This document shows, piece after piece, positions 56,906 to 64,000 of a stretch of 64,000 nt of DNA. Position 1 is the first letter of the stretch. Each line of letters begins with the position of its first letter. The DNA comes from an uncultured delta proteobacterium (GTDB taxonomy: Bacteria > Myxococcota > Myxococcia > Myxococcales > Myxococcaceae): the NCBI GenBank assembly GCA_963771175.1, contig CAVYSY010000039.1, positions 320,001-384,000 of the forward strand, in the 5' to 3' direction. The translations under genes and the position numbers were made by a program. Below the pieces are notes generated by a model. It was not told where the DNA came from. It ran no database searches and was given only the letters and a program-made list of their open reading frames with translations.

Positions 56906-58198
56906 ATGCGTCGTCACACCTTGCATCTGTTCGCCTGCTCCATCCTCCTGGCCTCGGCGGCCTGCACCCACCGGCCCACCCCGGCTCCGAGCCGTCCCTC
57001 CGAGAGCCCTCCCGCCGAGAGCCCTCCCTCCGAGAGCCCTCCCTCCGAGAGCCCTCCCTCCGAGAGTGGCCCCTCCACGGGCACGGGTGGCTCCTCCACG
57101 AGTGGCACCTCCGAGAGCAGCCCCTCACCGGGTGTCCCTTCCCAGGGTGTCCCTTCACCGGGTGGCCCCTCCACCAGAGCGCGGCCCCCGTCCTATGTGC
57201 CCTCTCCCCCCTCACCGGCGGCCCGCGAGGCCCTGCGGCTCTTCCAGGTGGGATGCCCGGCCGAGGGCTTCGACGATGCCTTGTGCGAGAAGGCCGTGCG
57301 CCAGCTCGAAGCCGTCGTGCGTGAGGATCCGCGCCAGCTCGATGCGCAGCTCGCGCTCGCGGATGCCGTCTGGAACCTGGCCTTCCGCCAGCCCGAGGGC
57401 AGCGCGCAGCGCGCACGGCTCCGCCAGCGCTCGCTCGACCGCTACCAGCAACTCGTGGACCTGAGCGTCCCGGATGCGCGGCCGTACTACGAGCTCAGCG
57501 TGCTGACACGGGGCCCGGACACCCGGATCCGGCTGCTCCGGCGCACCCTGGAGCTCGAACCGAAGCACCCCGAGGCCCATGAGGACCTGGCGTGGCTTCT
57601 GCTGGAACAGGGCAAGACGGACGAGGCCGTGCGCGAGTACCGCATCCACCTCACGCTCAACCCGAGTCGGGACCGTGCGGACGCGCTCGAGGACATCCGC
57701 TTCGCGGGCAGGCTCGCCGAGCTCGGGCGCGTGCGCGAGGCGGCCGAGGTGTACGACGCCGTCTGGGATGCCATGCGCAACGAGAGCCGCGCCGAGCGCT
57801 GCCAGGTGTTCAAGACCGTGGACCTCGATCCCTATGAGCGCATCGGTGCCCGCTTCGCTCGGCAGGTCCGAGAAATCCGCGCCGCCTGCTCCGACATGCC
57901 CGGCCTGGAGCGCGCCCAGGAGCTGGAGCGCCAGGGGCAGGACGATGCCGCCGCGCGGGAGTTGGAGCGCCAGATCCAGCAGAACCCCGTCCCGGTGGAG
58001 CCGTACCTCGAGCTGGAGCGCCTCCACCTGAAGCACGGCAGAGTGAACGAGGCGGCGGCCGTCATGACGCGCTACTTCCAGCGGGAGAAGGACCCCGAGG
58101 AGCGCTGCCGGCACTTCAGGACCCTGTCCCCCGAGACGACGCGGGCCATGGATCCAGCCCTCGTCAACGAATGGGACCGCACCTGCCGAGGGCGGTGA
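56906..58198 (+). CDS. TPR lipoprotein with Ser/Pro-rich repeat linker
   Basis: Lipobox SAAC, PPSES repeats, TPR-like helices (PEAHEDLAWLLLEQGKTDEA). Confidence 0.8.
   Translation: MRRHTLHLFACSILLASAACTHRPTPAPSRPSESPPAESPPSESPPSESPPSESGPSTGTGGSSTSGTSESSPSPGVPSQGVPSPGGPSTRARPPSYVPSPPSPAAREALRLFQVGCPAEGFDDALCEKAVRQLEAVVREDPRQLDAQLALADAVWNLAFRQPEGSAQRARLRQRSLDRYQQLVDLSVPDARPYYELSVLTRGPDTRIRLLRRTLELEPKHPEAHEDLAWLLLEQGKTDEAVREYRIHLTLNPSRDRADALEDIRFAGRLAELGRVREAAEVYDAVWDAMRNESRAERCQVFKTVDLDPYERIGARFARQVREIRAACSDMPGLERAQELERQGQDDAAARELERQIQQNPVPVEPYLELERLHLKHGRVNEAAAVMTRYFQREKDPEERCRHFRTLSPETTRAMDPALVNEWDRTCRGR
56996..57067 (+). repeat. 15-bp coding tandem repeat (CCCTCCGAGAGCCCT), about five units
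   Basis: Directly visible; encodes PSESP/PAESP. Confidence 0.9.
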
Positions 58199-58303
58199 GG
58201 GAGTCCTCGGCATCGCCCCCCCCCGTGACGCCGAGGTGCCTGCTGGGTGTATGGTGCCGGCCGATTCGCCCAGGGGGGCGTCTTGCACCGAGTACCATCA
58301 CCC

Positions 58304-59320
58304 ATGAAGCGTTTGCTGCTGGCTGTTCTGACCCTGGTGACCTTCCTTCCGGATCCGGCTCTCGCCGCGCGCCAGATGCGCGTCACCCTTCCCAACAAGA
58401 CGAAGAACGCCTGTATCCGCAAGGCGGCCCGTCTCTCCTCCGCCCTCAAGTACGAGGCCGCCCTCGACCTGCTCTCCACGCCCGGGTGCTCCGAGAACCT
58501 CGGGGACGAGGAGCTGCTGTGGGTGGACCTGATGCAGGGCGTCCTGTACCAGGGCCTCGAGCAGACGGAACAGGCGGAGGAGTCCTTCTGCCGTGCGTTG
58601 CTGCAGGAGCCCCTGGCCAGCCTGCCGCTCGCCAGGCCGCCCGCGGACCTGGACGAGATCTTCGAGAAGATGAGGGCCGAGTGCCCGGAGCGGGAGAAGG
58701 CCAAGGCCGAGCAGCTCGCCAAGGCCAAGGCCGAGGCAGATGCCGCGGCTGCGGCCGCCGCGGCGACCCCGGTGGTGGCGGAGGTCACCCCCCCACCGAC
58801 CGCCGATCCAATTCTGCTGGCCCCCCTCGTCAACGAGCCCACCCAGGGGCTCTCGCTCCGCGACTCGTTCGAGCTGCACGCCGGTGTGCACGGCGAGGCC
58901 GATATGCAGAGGGTGACGACGCCCATGCCGCTGTGGGGCGCGAGCGTGCAGGGCTCGGTGCATCTCGTCCACGGACTGAGGGCGGGAGCGGGCCTCACGG
59001 CGCTCGCCTCCACGAGGTTCTCCTCCGGGCCCATCTTCCTGCTGCTGGCGGACGTGCGCCTGGCCTATCCGATCCTCCCTCCGAGTGAGCGCCTGGGCCT
59101 GCACGTGTATGCGATGGGAGGGCCGCTGCTCTACACGATGGACTCTCCGGCGGGCGGCGCGAGGGCCGGCCTCGGGCTGAGCCTGGACCTGTCCAAGGTG
59201 CGCGTATCCCTGGGTGGCGCCTACGAGTGGCGGAGCCATTACCGCCTGGGCTACGGGGCGCCGATGGCCTTTCTGGAGCTGAGCTGGAAGCTCTCGGGCC
59301 CGCCCCGCGCGAGCCCCTGA
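58304..59320 (+). CDS. Exported protein: TPR-like N-terminus, Ala/Pro linker, beta-barrel-like C-terminus
   Basis: Signal MKRLLLAV...ALA, helical N-domain, alternating beta strands ending LELSWK. Confidence 0.7.
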   Translation: MKRLLLAVLTLVTFLPDPALAARQMRVTLPNKTKNACIRKAARLSSALKYEAALDLLSTPGCSENLGDEELLWVDLMQGVLYQGLEQTEQAEESFCRALLQEPLASLPLARPPADLDEIFEKMRAECPEREKAKAEQLAKAKAEADAAAAAAAATPVVAEVTPPPTADPILLAPLVNEPTQGLSLRDSFELHAGVHGEADMQRVTTPMPLWGASVQGSVHLVHGLRAGAGLTALASTRFSSGPIFLLLADVRLAYPILPPSERLGLHVYAMGGPLLYTMDSPAGGARAGLGLSLDLSKVRVSLGGAYEWRSHYRLGYGAPMAFLELSWKLSGPPRASP

Positions 59321-59348
59321 GGGACTGGCTCTCGGCGGAGAAGCTGGC

Positions 59349-61310
59349 TCAGAGCGAGGCGGAGGCCTCGGCCAGCTTCTCCTGCGCCGCTTCCCACCGC
59401 GCATAGAGCTGCTCCAGCTCATCCTTGCCCGCGCGGTGCGTGTCCATCAGCGGCTTGGCCTTCGCGAAGTCGTTGTAGAGCACCGGGTCCGCGAGCTGCG
59501 CCTCGCGCTCCTTCTGCGCCGCCTCCAGCTTGGAGATCGCCTCTTCGATCCTGGCGATCTCCTTCTTGATGGGGCCCTCCACGGCGCTGCGCTTCTGCCG
59601 CGCCTCGGCCTCCATCCGCTTGCGCTCCTTCTCGGACATGCCCGCCGTCGGAGCCTTCTCCGCCAGCCGCTCGCCCAGCCCCGCCGCCTCGGCCGCCAGC
59701 CGCAGCTGCTCCTGGTGGTACAGGTACTCGTCCAGGTTGCCCGTGTGCGACTCCACCTTGCCGCCCACCACGTCCCAGACGTGCGTCGCCAGCCCGTTCA
59801 CGAAGCTCCGGTTGTGCGACACGAACACCAGCGTCCCGCCGTACCCCTGGAGCGCCTCGATCAGCATCTCCGTCGAGTCCAGGTCCAGGTGGTTGGTGGG
59901 CTCGTCCATCAGCAGCAGGTTGGAGGGCACCAGCAGCAGCTTCGCGAGCGCCACGCGCGCCCGCTCTCCACCGCTCAGCACGCCCACCGGCTTGTCCACG
60001 TCGTCGCCCGAGAACATGAACGAGCCGAGCACCCCGCGGATGAAGCTCTCCGGCTTGTCCGCCGCCAGCGGGCGCACCTCTTCGATGATGGTGTTGTGCT
60101 TGTCCAGCTTGTCCCCGTGGTGCTGGGCGTAATACCCCATCACCACGTTGTGCCCGAGCTTCACCGTGCCGCCATCCGGCACCAGCTCGCCCGCGATGAT
60201 CTTCAGCAGCGTCGTCTTGCCCGCGCCGTTCGCGCCCACCACGGCGATCCGCTGCCCGCGCTCCACCCGCGCGTCCAGCCCCGAGTACACCACCGTGTCC
60301 CCGTAGCGCTTCTGGATGCCCTCCAGCAGCACCACGTCGCGCCCCGAGCGCTCCACCTCCGGGAAGCGGAAGCGCATGGTGGCCCGCTCCTCGAGCACCT
60401 GCACGTCCTCCATCTTCTCCAGCATCTTCGCGCGGCTCTGCGCCTGCCGCGCCTTGGTGGCCTTCGCGCCGAAGCGGTCGATGAACGCCTGCAGCTCCGC
60501 CTTGCGCGCCTCGACGCGCTCGGACTGGGCCTTGAGCTGCTCCATCTCCTCGGCGCGCTGCCGCTTGTACGTGTCGTAGTTGCCCACGTACGAGCGCAGC
60601 CCCTCCATCTCCAGCGAGAGGATGCGGCCCACCTGCCGGTTGAGGAAGTCGCGATCGTGCGAGATGAGCACCAGCGCCTTGTTCGAGCGCTTCAGGAAGC
60701 CGTCGAACCACGCCAGCGTCGGCACGTCCAGGTGGTTGGTGGGCTCGTCCATCAGCAGCAGGTCCGGGTCCTGCAGCAGCAGGCCCGCCAGGGCCGCGCG
60801 CATCCGCCAGCCGCCACTCAGCGCCCCCGTGGGCTTGGCCAGATCCGCCTCGCGGAACCCCAGGCCCTTGAGGATGCGCTCGGCGTGGTGCCGCCCGTAG
60901 TGCTCCTCGAAGTGGTCCAGCTCCGCGTGCAGGTCCGCCAGCGTCTGGGCCAGCTCGAGCTGCTCTTCCTCGCTCGTCGCCTCGGCGAGCGCGGCCTCGG
61001 TCTCCCGCAGGCGCGTCTCCAGCGAGTCCCGGCCGGGTACGGTGCTCATCACCGCATCCACCACCGAGCCCTGGGGCAGGCCCGCCAGCTCCTGGGGCAG
61101 GTAGCCGATGCGCGCCTTGCGCCGGTAGGTGATGGTGCCCGAGTCCGGGTGCTGGGCCCCGGCGAGGATCTTCATCAGCGAGCTCTTCCCCGTGCCGTTG
61201 GCCCCTACCAGGCCCACGCGGTCCTTGGGACCGAGGGTGAAGCTTTCATCGTCGAAGAGAACCTTCTTCCCGTAGGAGAGGCAGATGTCCTGGGCAATCG
61301 CGAGACTCAT
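59349..61310 (-). CDS. ABC-F family ATPase (Uup/YheS-like)
   Basis: Two NBDs (GANGTGKS, LSGGWRMR, MDEPTNHLD; GANGAGKT, LSGGERAR), no TM, C-terminal coiled coil. Confidence 0.95.
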   Translation of the reverse strand: MSLAIAQDICLSYGKKVLFDDESFTLGPKDRVGLVGANGTGKSSLMKILAGAQHPDSGTITYRRKARIGYLPQELAGLPQGSVVDAVMSTVPGRDSLETRLRETEAALAEATSEEEQLELAQTLADLHAELDHFEEHYGRHHAERILKGLGFREADLAKPTGALSGGWRMRAALAGLLLQDPDLLLMDEPTNHLDVPTLAWFDGFLKRSNKALVLISHDRDFLNRQVGRILSLEMEGLRSYVGNYDTYKRQRAEEMEQLKAQSERVEARKAELQAFIDRFGAKATKARQAQSRAKMLEKMEDVQVLEERATMRFRFPEVERSGRDVVLLEGIQKRYGDTVVYSGLDARVERGQRIAVVGANGAGKTTLLKIIAGELVPDGGTVKLGHNVVMGYYAQHHGDKLDKHNTIIEEVRPLAADKPESFIRGVLGSFMFSGDDVDKPVGVLSGGERARVALAKLLLVPSNLLLMDEPTNHLDLDSTEMLIEALQGYGGTLVFVSHNRSFVNGLATHVWDVVGGKVESHTGNLDEYLYHQEQLRLAAEAAGLGERLAEKAPTAGMSEKERKRMEAEARQKRSAVEGPIKKEIARIEEAISKLEAAQKEREAQLADPVLYNDFAKAKPLMDTHRAGKDELEQLYARWEAAQEKLAEASASL

Positions 61311-61455
61311 GGCGGATCCGGGGGTGTAACAGCCCGGCGGCCCCACGGGAACGGCCGATATGCCTGCCCGCTCCCTCCCCACGCCAAAAACCAGGGCATC
61401 CCCCCGTCAGTCCCCCTGCCCGGCGCCGCTCGGGTTGCCTATACTCGGCCGCCTG

Positions 61456-63261
61456 ATGGCTTCCCCCTGCCCGCACTGCGGTAGCACCGAAGGTCCCGAT
61501 CATCTCTGTGGCGCCGCGCAAATGGCGCTCATCGGCCAGGTGCTCGATGGCCGTTACAAGATTGAAGACGTGCTCGGCCAGGGAGGCATGGGCATGGTCT
61601 TCCGCGCCACCCAGACGTCCGTCCACCGGCCGGTGGCGGTCAAGACGCTCAACCCGTCGCTGGCGGCCGCGCCCCAGTTCTTCGAGCGCTTCCGGCGCGA
61701 GGCGGAGATCGCCAGCCGCCTGCGTCACCCCAACGTCATCACCATCTACGACTTCGGCCGCGCCCAGGACGGCACCTGCTACTACGTCATGGAGCTGCTG
61801 GAGGGCGAGAGCCTCCGCGAGCTCGTCAAGCGTGACGGCGCCATGTCCCTGCGCCGCGCCGTGGACGTCATCGAGCAGGCCTGCCGCGGACTGGCCCACG
61901 CCCACGAGCAGGGCGCCATCCACCGCGACATCAAGCCGCACAACATCATGGTGCAGCAGCTCGACGGGCGGGACTTCGTCAAGGTGCTGGACTTCGGCCT
62001 GGTGAAGGCGCTCGAGCAGGACGAGGAGGAGCAGCTCACCTCCACCGGCCAGGTGCTCGGCACGCCGCAGTACATGCCGCCCGAGCAGGCCGGCGGCGAG
62101 AGCGTGGATCACCGCTCCGACCTCTACTCGATGGGCGGCGTCTTCTTCTACTGCCTCACCGGGACCTCGCCCTACGGCGCCAACACGGTGCGCAAGGCGC
62201 TCACCGCCGCCCTCACGCAGCCCCCGCCCACGGTGGGCGCCAAGCGCCAGGGCGCCCCCATCCCGCAGGCCCTGGAGGACTTCTTCCAGACGGCCCTCGC
62301 CCGCGAGAAGGAGGACCGCTTCCAGAGCGCCCAGGAGTTCATCGACGCCATGCTGGACGCGGTGGCGGACCTGTCGCCCGCGGAGCTCGACGCGCTCCCC
62401 ACCGGCTCCACCTCCGAGGCGGGCAGCAGCAGCCGCCCCGGCCAGCGCAGTGTGTCGCGGCCCGGTCGCTCGTCTCCGAGCGCGGTGGCACGCTCCCGGC
62501 CTCCCGCCTCGGCGGCCCGGGGAACGGGTTCTCAGCCCTCGGCGGCGGCCCGGGGCACGGGGGCGCGCCCCTCGGCAGCGGCGCAGGGCTCGGGCTCCCA
62601 GCCCTCGGCGGCCCGGGCCTCTCCGTCCGCGTCCCGTGCCTCCCAGCCCGCCAGCGGGGGCGCCGCGCGCGGGGGCAGTGGGGCCTCCTCGGCCGTTCGC
62701 CAGAGGACTCCTCGCCCCGAGGCTCCTCCTGTCCCGCCCAACCCCCAGGCGCGCGCCGAGGACACGCAGCCAGGCTCCACGGGCAAGAAGGTCGCGCTCG
62801 TGGCCGTGCCGCTGCTGCTCATCGCCGCCGGAGGCGCGTTCGTCGCGCTGCGTCCCGCCACTCCGGTCGCGCCCCCGCCTTCCGGGGTCCAAGAGAAGAA
62901 GGAGCCAGCTCCCAATCCGAAGGTCGCGGCTCCCGCCAGGGACAACATGCTCCGCGTGCAGCTCCGCTCGACTCCCGCGGGCGCCACCGTCTTCGACGGG
63001 GACGTGCAGATCGGCACGACCCCGATGGAGCGCCAACTGCGCCGGGATGAGCCCCACGAGCTCACGTTCCGGCTGGCGGATCACCAGACCGTGAAGCGCA
63101 AGCTGGACTTCAAGGGCGTGCTGTCGGACTCGGAGGAAGTGAACGTGACGCTGGAGCCCGTGAAGGCCGCTCCGGCGGTCGAGCCCTCCCGCCCCTCGCG
63201 TCCCGCGAAGCAGGGCAAGGAGAAGGACGACAAGGACGACTCCGTCCCCATCTTCGAGTAG
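61456..63261 (+). CDS. Membrane Ser/Thr protein kinase with C-terminal PEGA-like domain
   Basis: LGQGGMGMVF, VAVK, HRDIKPHN, DFGL, GTPQYMPPE, SDLYS, TM, STPAGATVF...IGTTP. Confidence 0.95.
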   Translation: MASPCPHCGSTEGPDHLCGAAQMALIGQVLDGRYKIEDVLGQGGMGMVFRATQTSVHRPVAVKTLNPSLAAAPQFFERFRREAEIASRLRHPNVITIYDFGRAQDGTCYYVMELLEGESLRELVKRDGAMSLRRAVDVIEQACRGLAHAHEQGAIHRDIKPHNIMVQQLDGRDFVKVLDFGLVKALEQDEEEQLTSTGQVLGTPQYMPPEQAGGESVDHRSDLYSMGGVFFYCLTGTSPYGANTVRKALTAALTQPPPTVGAKRQGAPIPQALEDFFQTALAREKEDRFQSAQEFIDAMLDAVADLSPAELDALPTGSTSEAGSSSRPGQRSVSRPGRSSPSAVARSRPPASAARGTGSQPSAAARGTGARPSAAAQGSGSQPSAARASPSASRASQPASGGAARGGSGASSAVRQRTPRPEAPPVPPNPQARAEDTQPGSTGKKVALVAVPLLLIAAGGAFVALRPATPVAPPPSGVQEKKEPAPNPKVAAPARDNMLRVQLRSTPAGATVFDGDVQIGTTPMERQLRRDEPHELTFRLADHQTVKRKLDFKGVLSDSEEVNVTLEPVKAAPAVEPSRPSRPAKQGKEKDDKDDSVPIFE

Positions 63262-63273
63262 CCCCGGGATTTC

Positions 63274-63303
63274 CGGCGGCCGGCTACGACTCGCCGGCCG
63301 CCG
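63274..63303. terminator. Hairpin between convergent genes
   Basis: CGGCGGCCGGC-N8-GCCGGCCGCCG, perfect 11-bp stem. Confidence 0.6.
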
Positions 63304-63306
63304 AGG

Positions 63307-64000
63307 TCAGGGGCGCCCTGGGGCGTGCCCCGTCTTCCGGCATTCGCGCGGGTCGAAGGTGGGCATGAATGTCAGGGTGACGGGGAACTCCAGGCCGCCG
63401 CCGCCGGGTGGGACGAAGGCCCCGAGGAAATCTCCCGTCCTGCCGTCATAACGGAGCACCGAGGAGGGCAGGAAGTCGGGGATGTAGAGATTCCTATCGG
63501 GGCCGAACTCCATGTCGTTCCCATCGCTCAAGCCGCCGCTGCCGGGCGGGACGAACACGCCGAGGAGCGCTCCCGTCTTGGGATTGTAACGCCGCACGTC
63601 GTCCGCCCGGGTGGTCACGTACAGGCGGCCGTCCGGGCCGAACGTCAGGGCAGTGGCATCCACGCCGGGAATGAAGATCGCCCCGCTCTGACCCCGAGCA
63701 GGCCGTGGGGCGCCCGTCTTCGCGTCGTAGCGCAGGACGTCCCTGCTCAGCACGCTCTGCACGAAGAGGAATCCGGCGCCGAAGGCGAGCCGCTGCGGAA
63801 CCACCAGGCCCCCGCCCGAGGCGAAGATGCCCAGGAAGGCCCCCGTCTTCCCGTCGTAACGCAGCACGCTGTTGGTGCCGAAGAAGCTGTCGCTGACGTA
63901 CAGGTTGCCATCCGGGCCGAAGGCGATCTCGCCCGGCGCGCCCAGCCCGCCGCTGCCGGGTGGGACGAAGACACCCAGGAAGGCCCCCGTCCTCCCATCG
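63307..64000 (-). CDS. NHL/Vgb-like beta-propeller repeat protein, 5' truncated by window edge
   Basis: Repeats of FGPDGxLYV...VLRYDGKTGAFLGxFVPPGSGGL. Confidence 0.85.
   Translation of the reverse strand, partial: DGRTGAFLGVFVPPGSGGLGAPGEIAFGPDGNLYVSDSFFGTNSVLRYDGKTGAFLGIFASGGGLVVPQRLAFGAGFLFVQSVLSRDVLRYDAKTGAPRPARGQSGAIFIPGVDATALTFGPDGRLYVTTRADDVRRYNPKTGALLGVFVPPGSGGLSDGNDMEFGPDRNLYIPDFLPSSVLRYDGRTGDFLGAFVPPGGGGLEFPVTLTFMPTFDPRECRKTGHAPGRP

Noticed and set aside
56996..57067. CRISPR-like repeat array
   Set aside because: Contiguous 15-bp coding repeats without spacers and no cas genes.

Overview
High-GC myxobacterial chromosome segment (Myxococcales; Archangium/Cystobacter-like by protein style, an inference). 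From memory, the gene order matches the Myxococcus xanthus region around nfs, sigB and romX: sigma54 activator, alpha/beta hydrolase, typA, [two accessory genes], a contiguous eight-gene nfsA-H (Glt-paralogous) envelope/spore-coat operon, a stand-alone rplC, several small genes, a lytic transglycosylase with a sigma54-type promoter, STAS, MoxR-DUF58-transglutaminase, an RpoH-like sigma factor (sigB-like) with a near-consensus sigma54 promoter, OPT transporter, VOC, HEAT protein plus degenerate HD-GYP protein, rluD, romX, degenerate-J/HTH protein, FlhG/MinD-like ATPase, a very Cys-rich lipoprotein, HNH, selA, TPR-Slt, histidine kinase, SGNH hydrolase, an lnt cluster, an M15-type peptidase lipoprotein with a TPR lipoprotein, ABC-F, Ser/Thr kinase and a beta-propeller protein. 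Many conserved genes, including rplC and typA, carry dense single-base frameshifts in discrete blocks. These are most likely long-read consensus errors, so the boundaries of those genes are approximate. I found no rRNA, tRNA, CRISPR array, transposase or integrase. The best candidates for undescribed biology are a possible sigma54-linked sporulation envelope-remodelling module between nfs and sigB, an M15 peptidase/TPR lipoprotein pair, and the FlhG-like/J-HTH genes upstream of romX.
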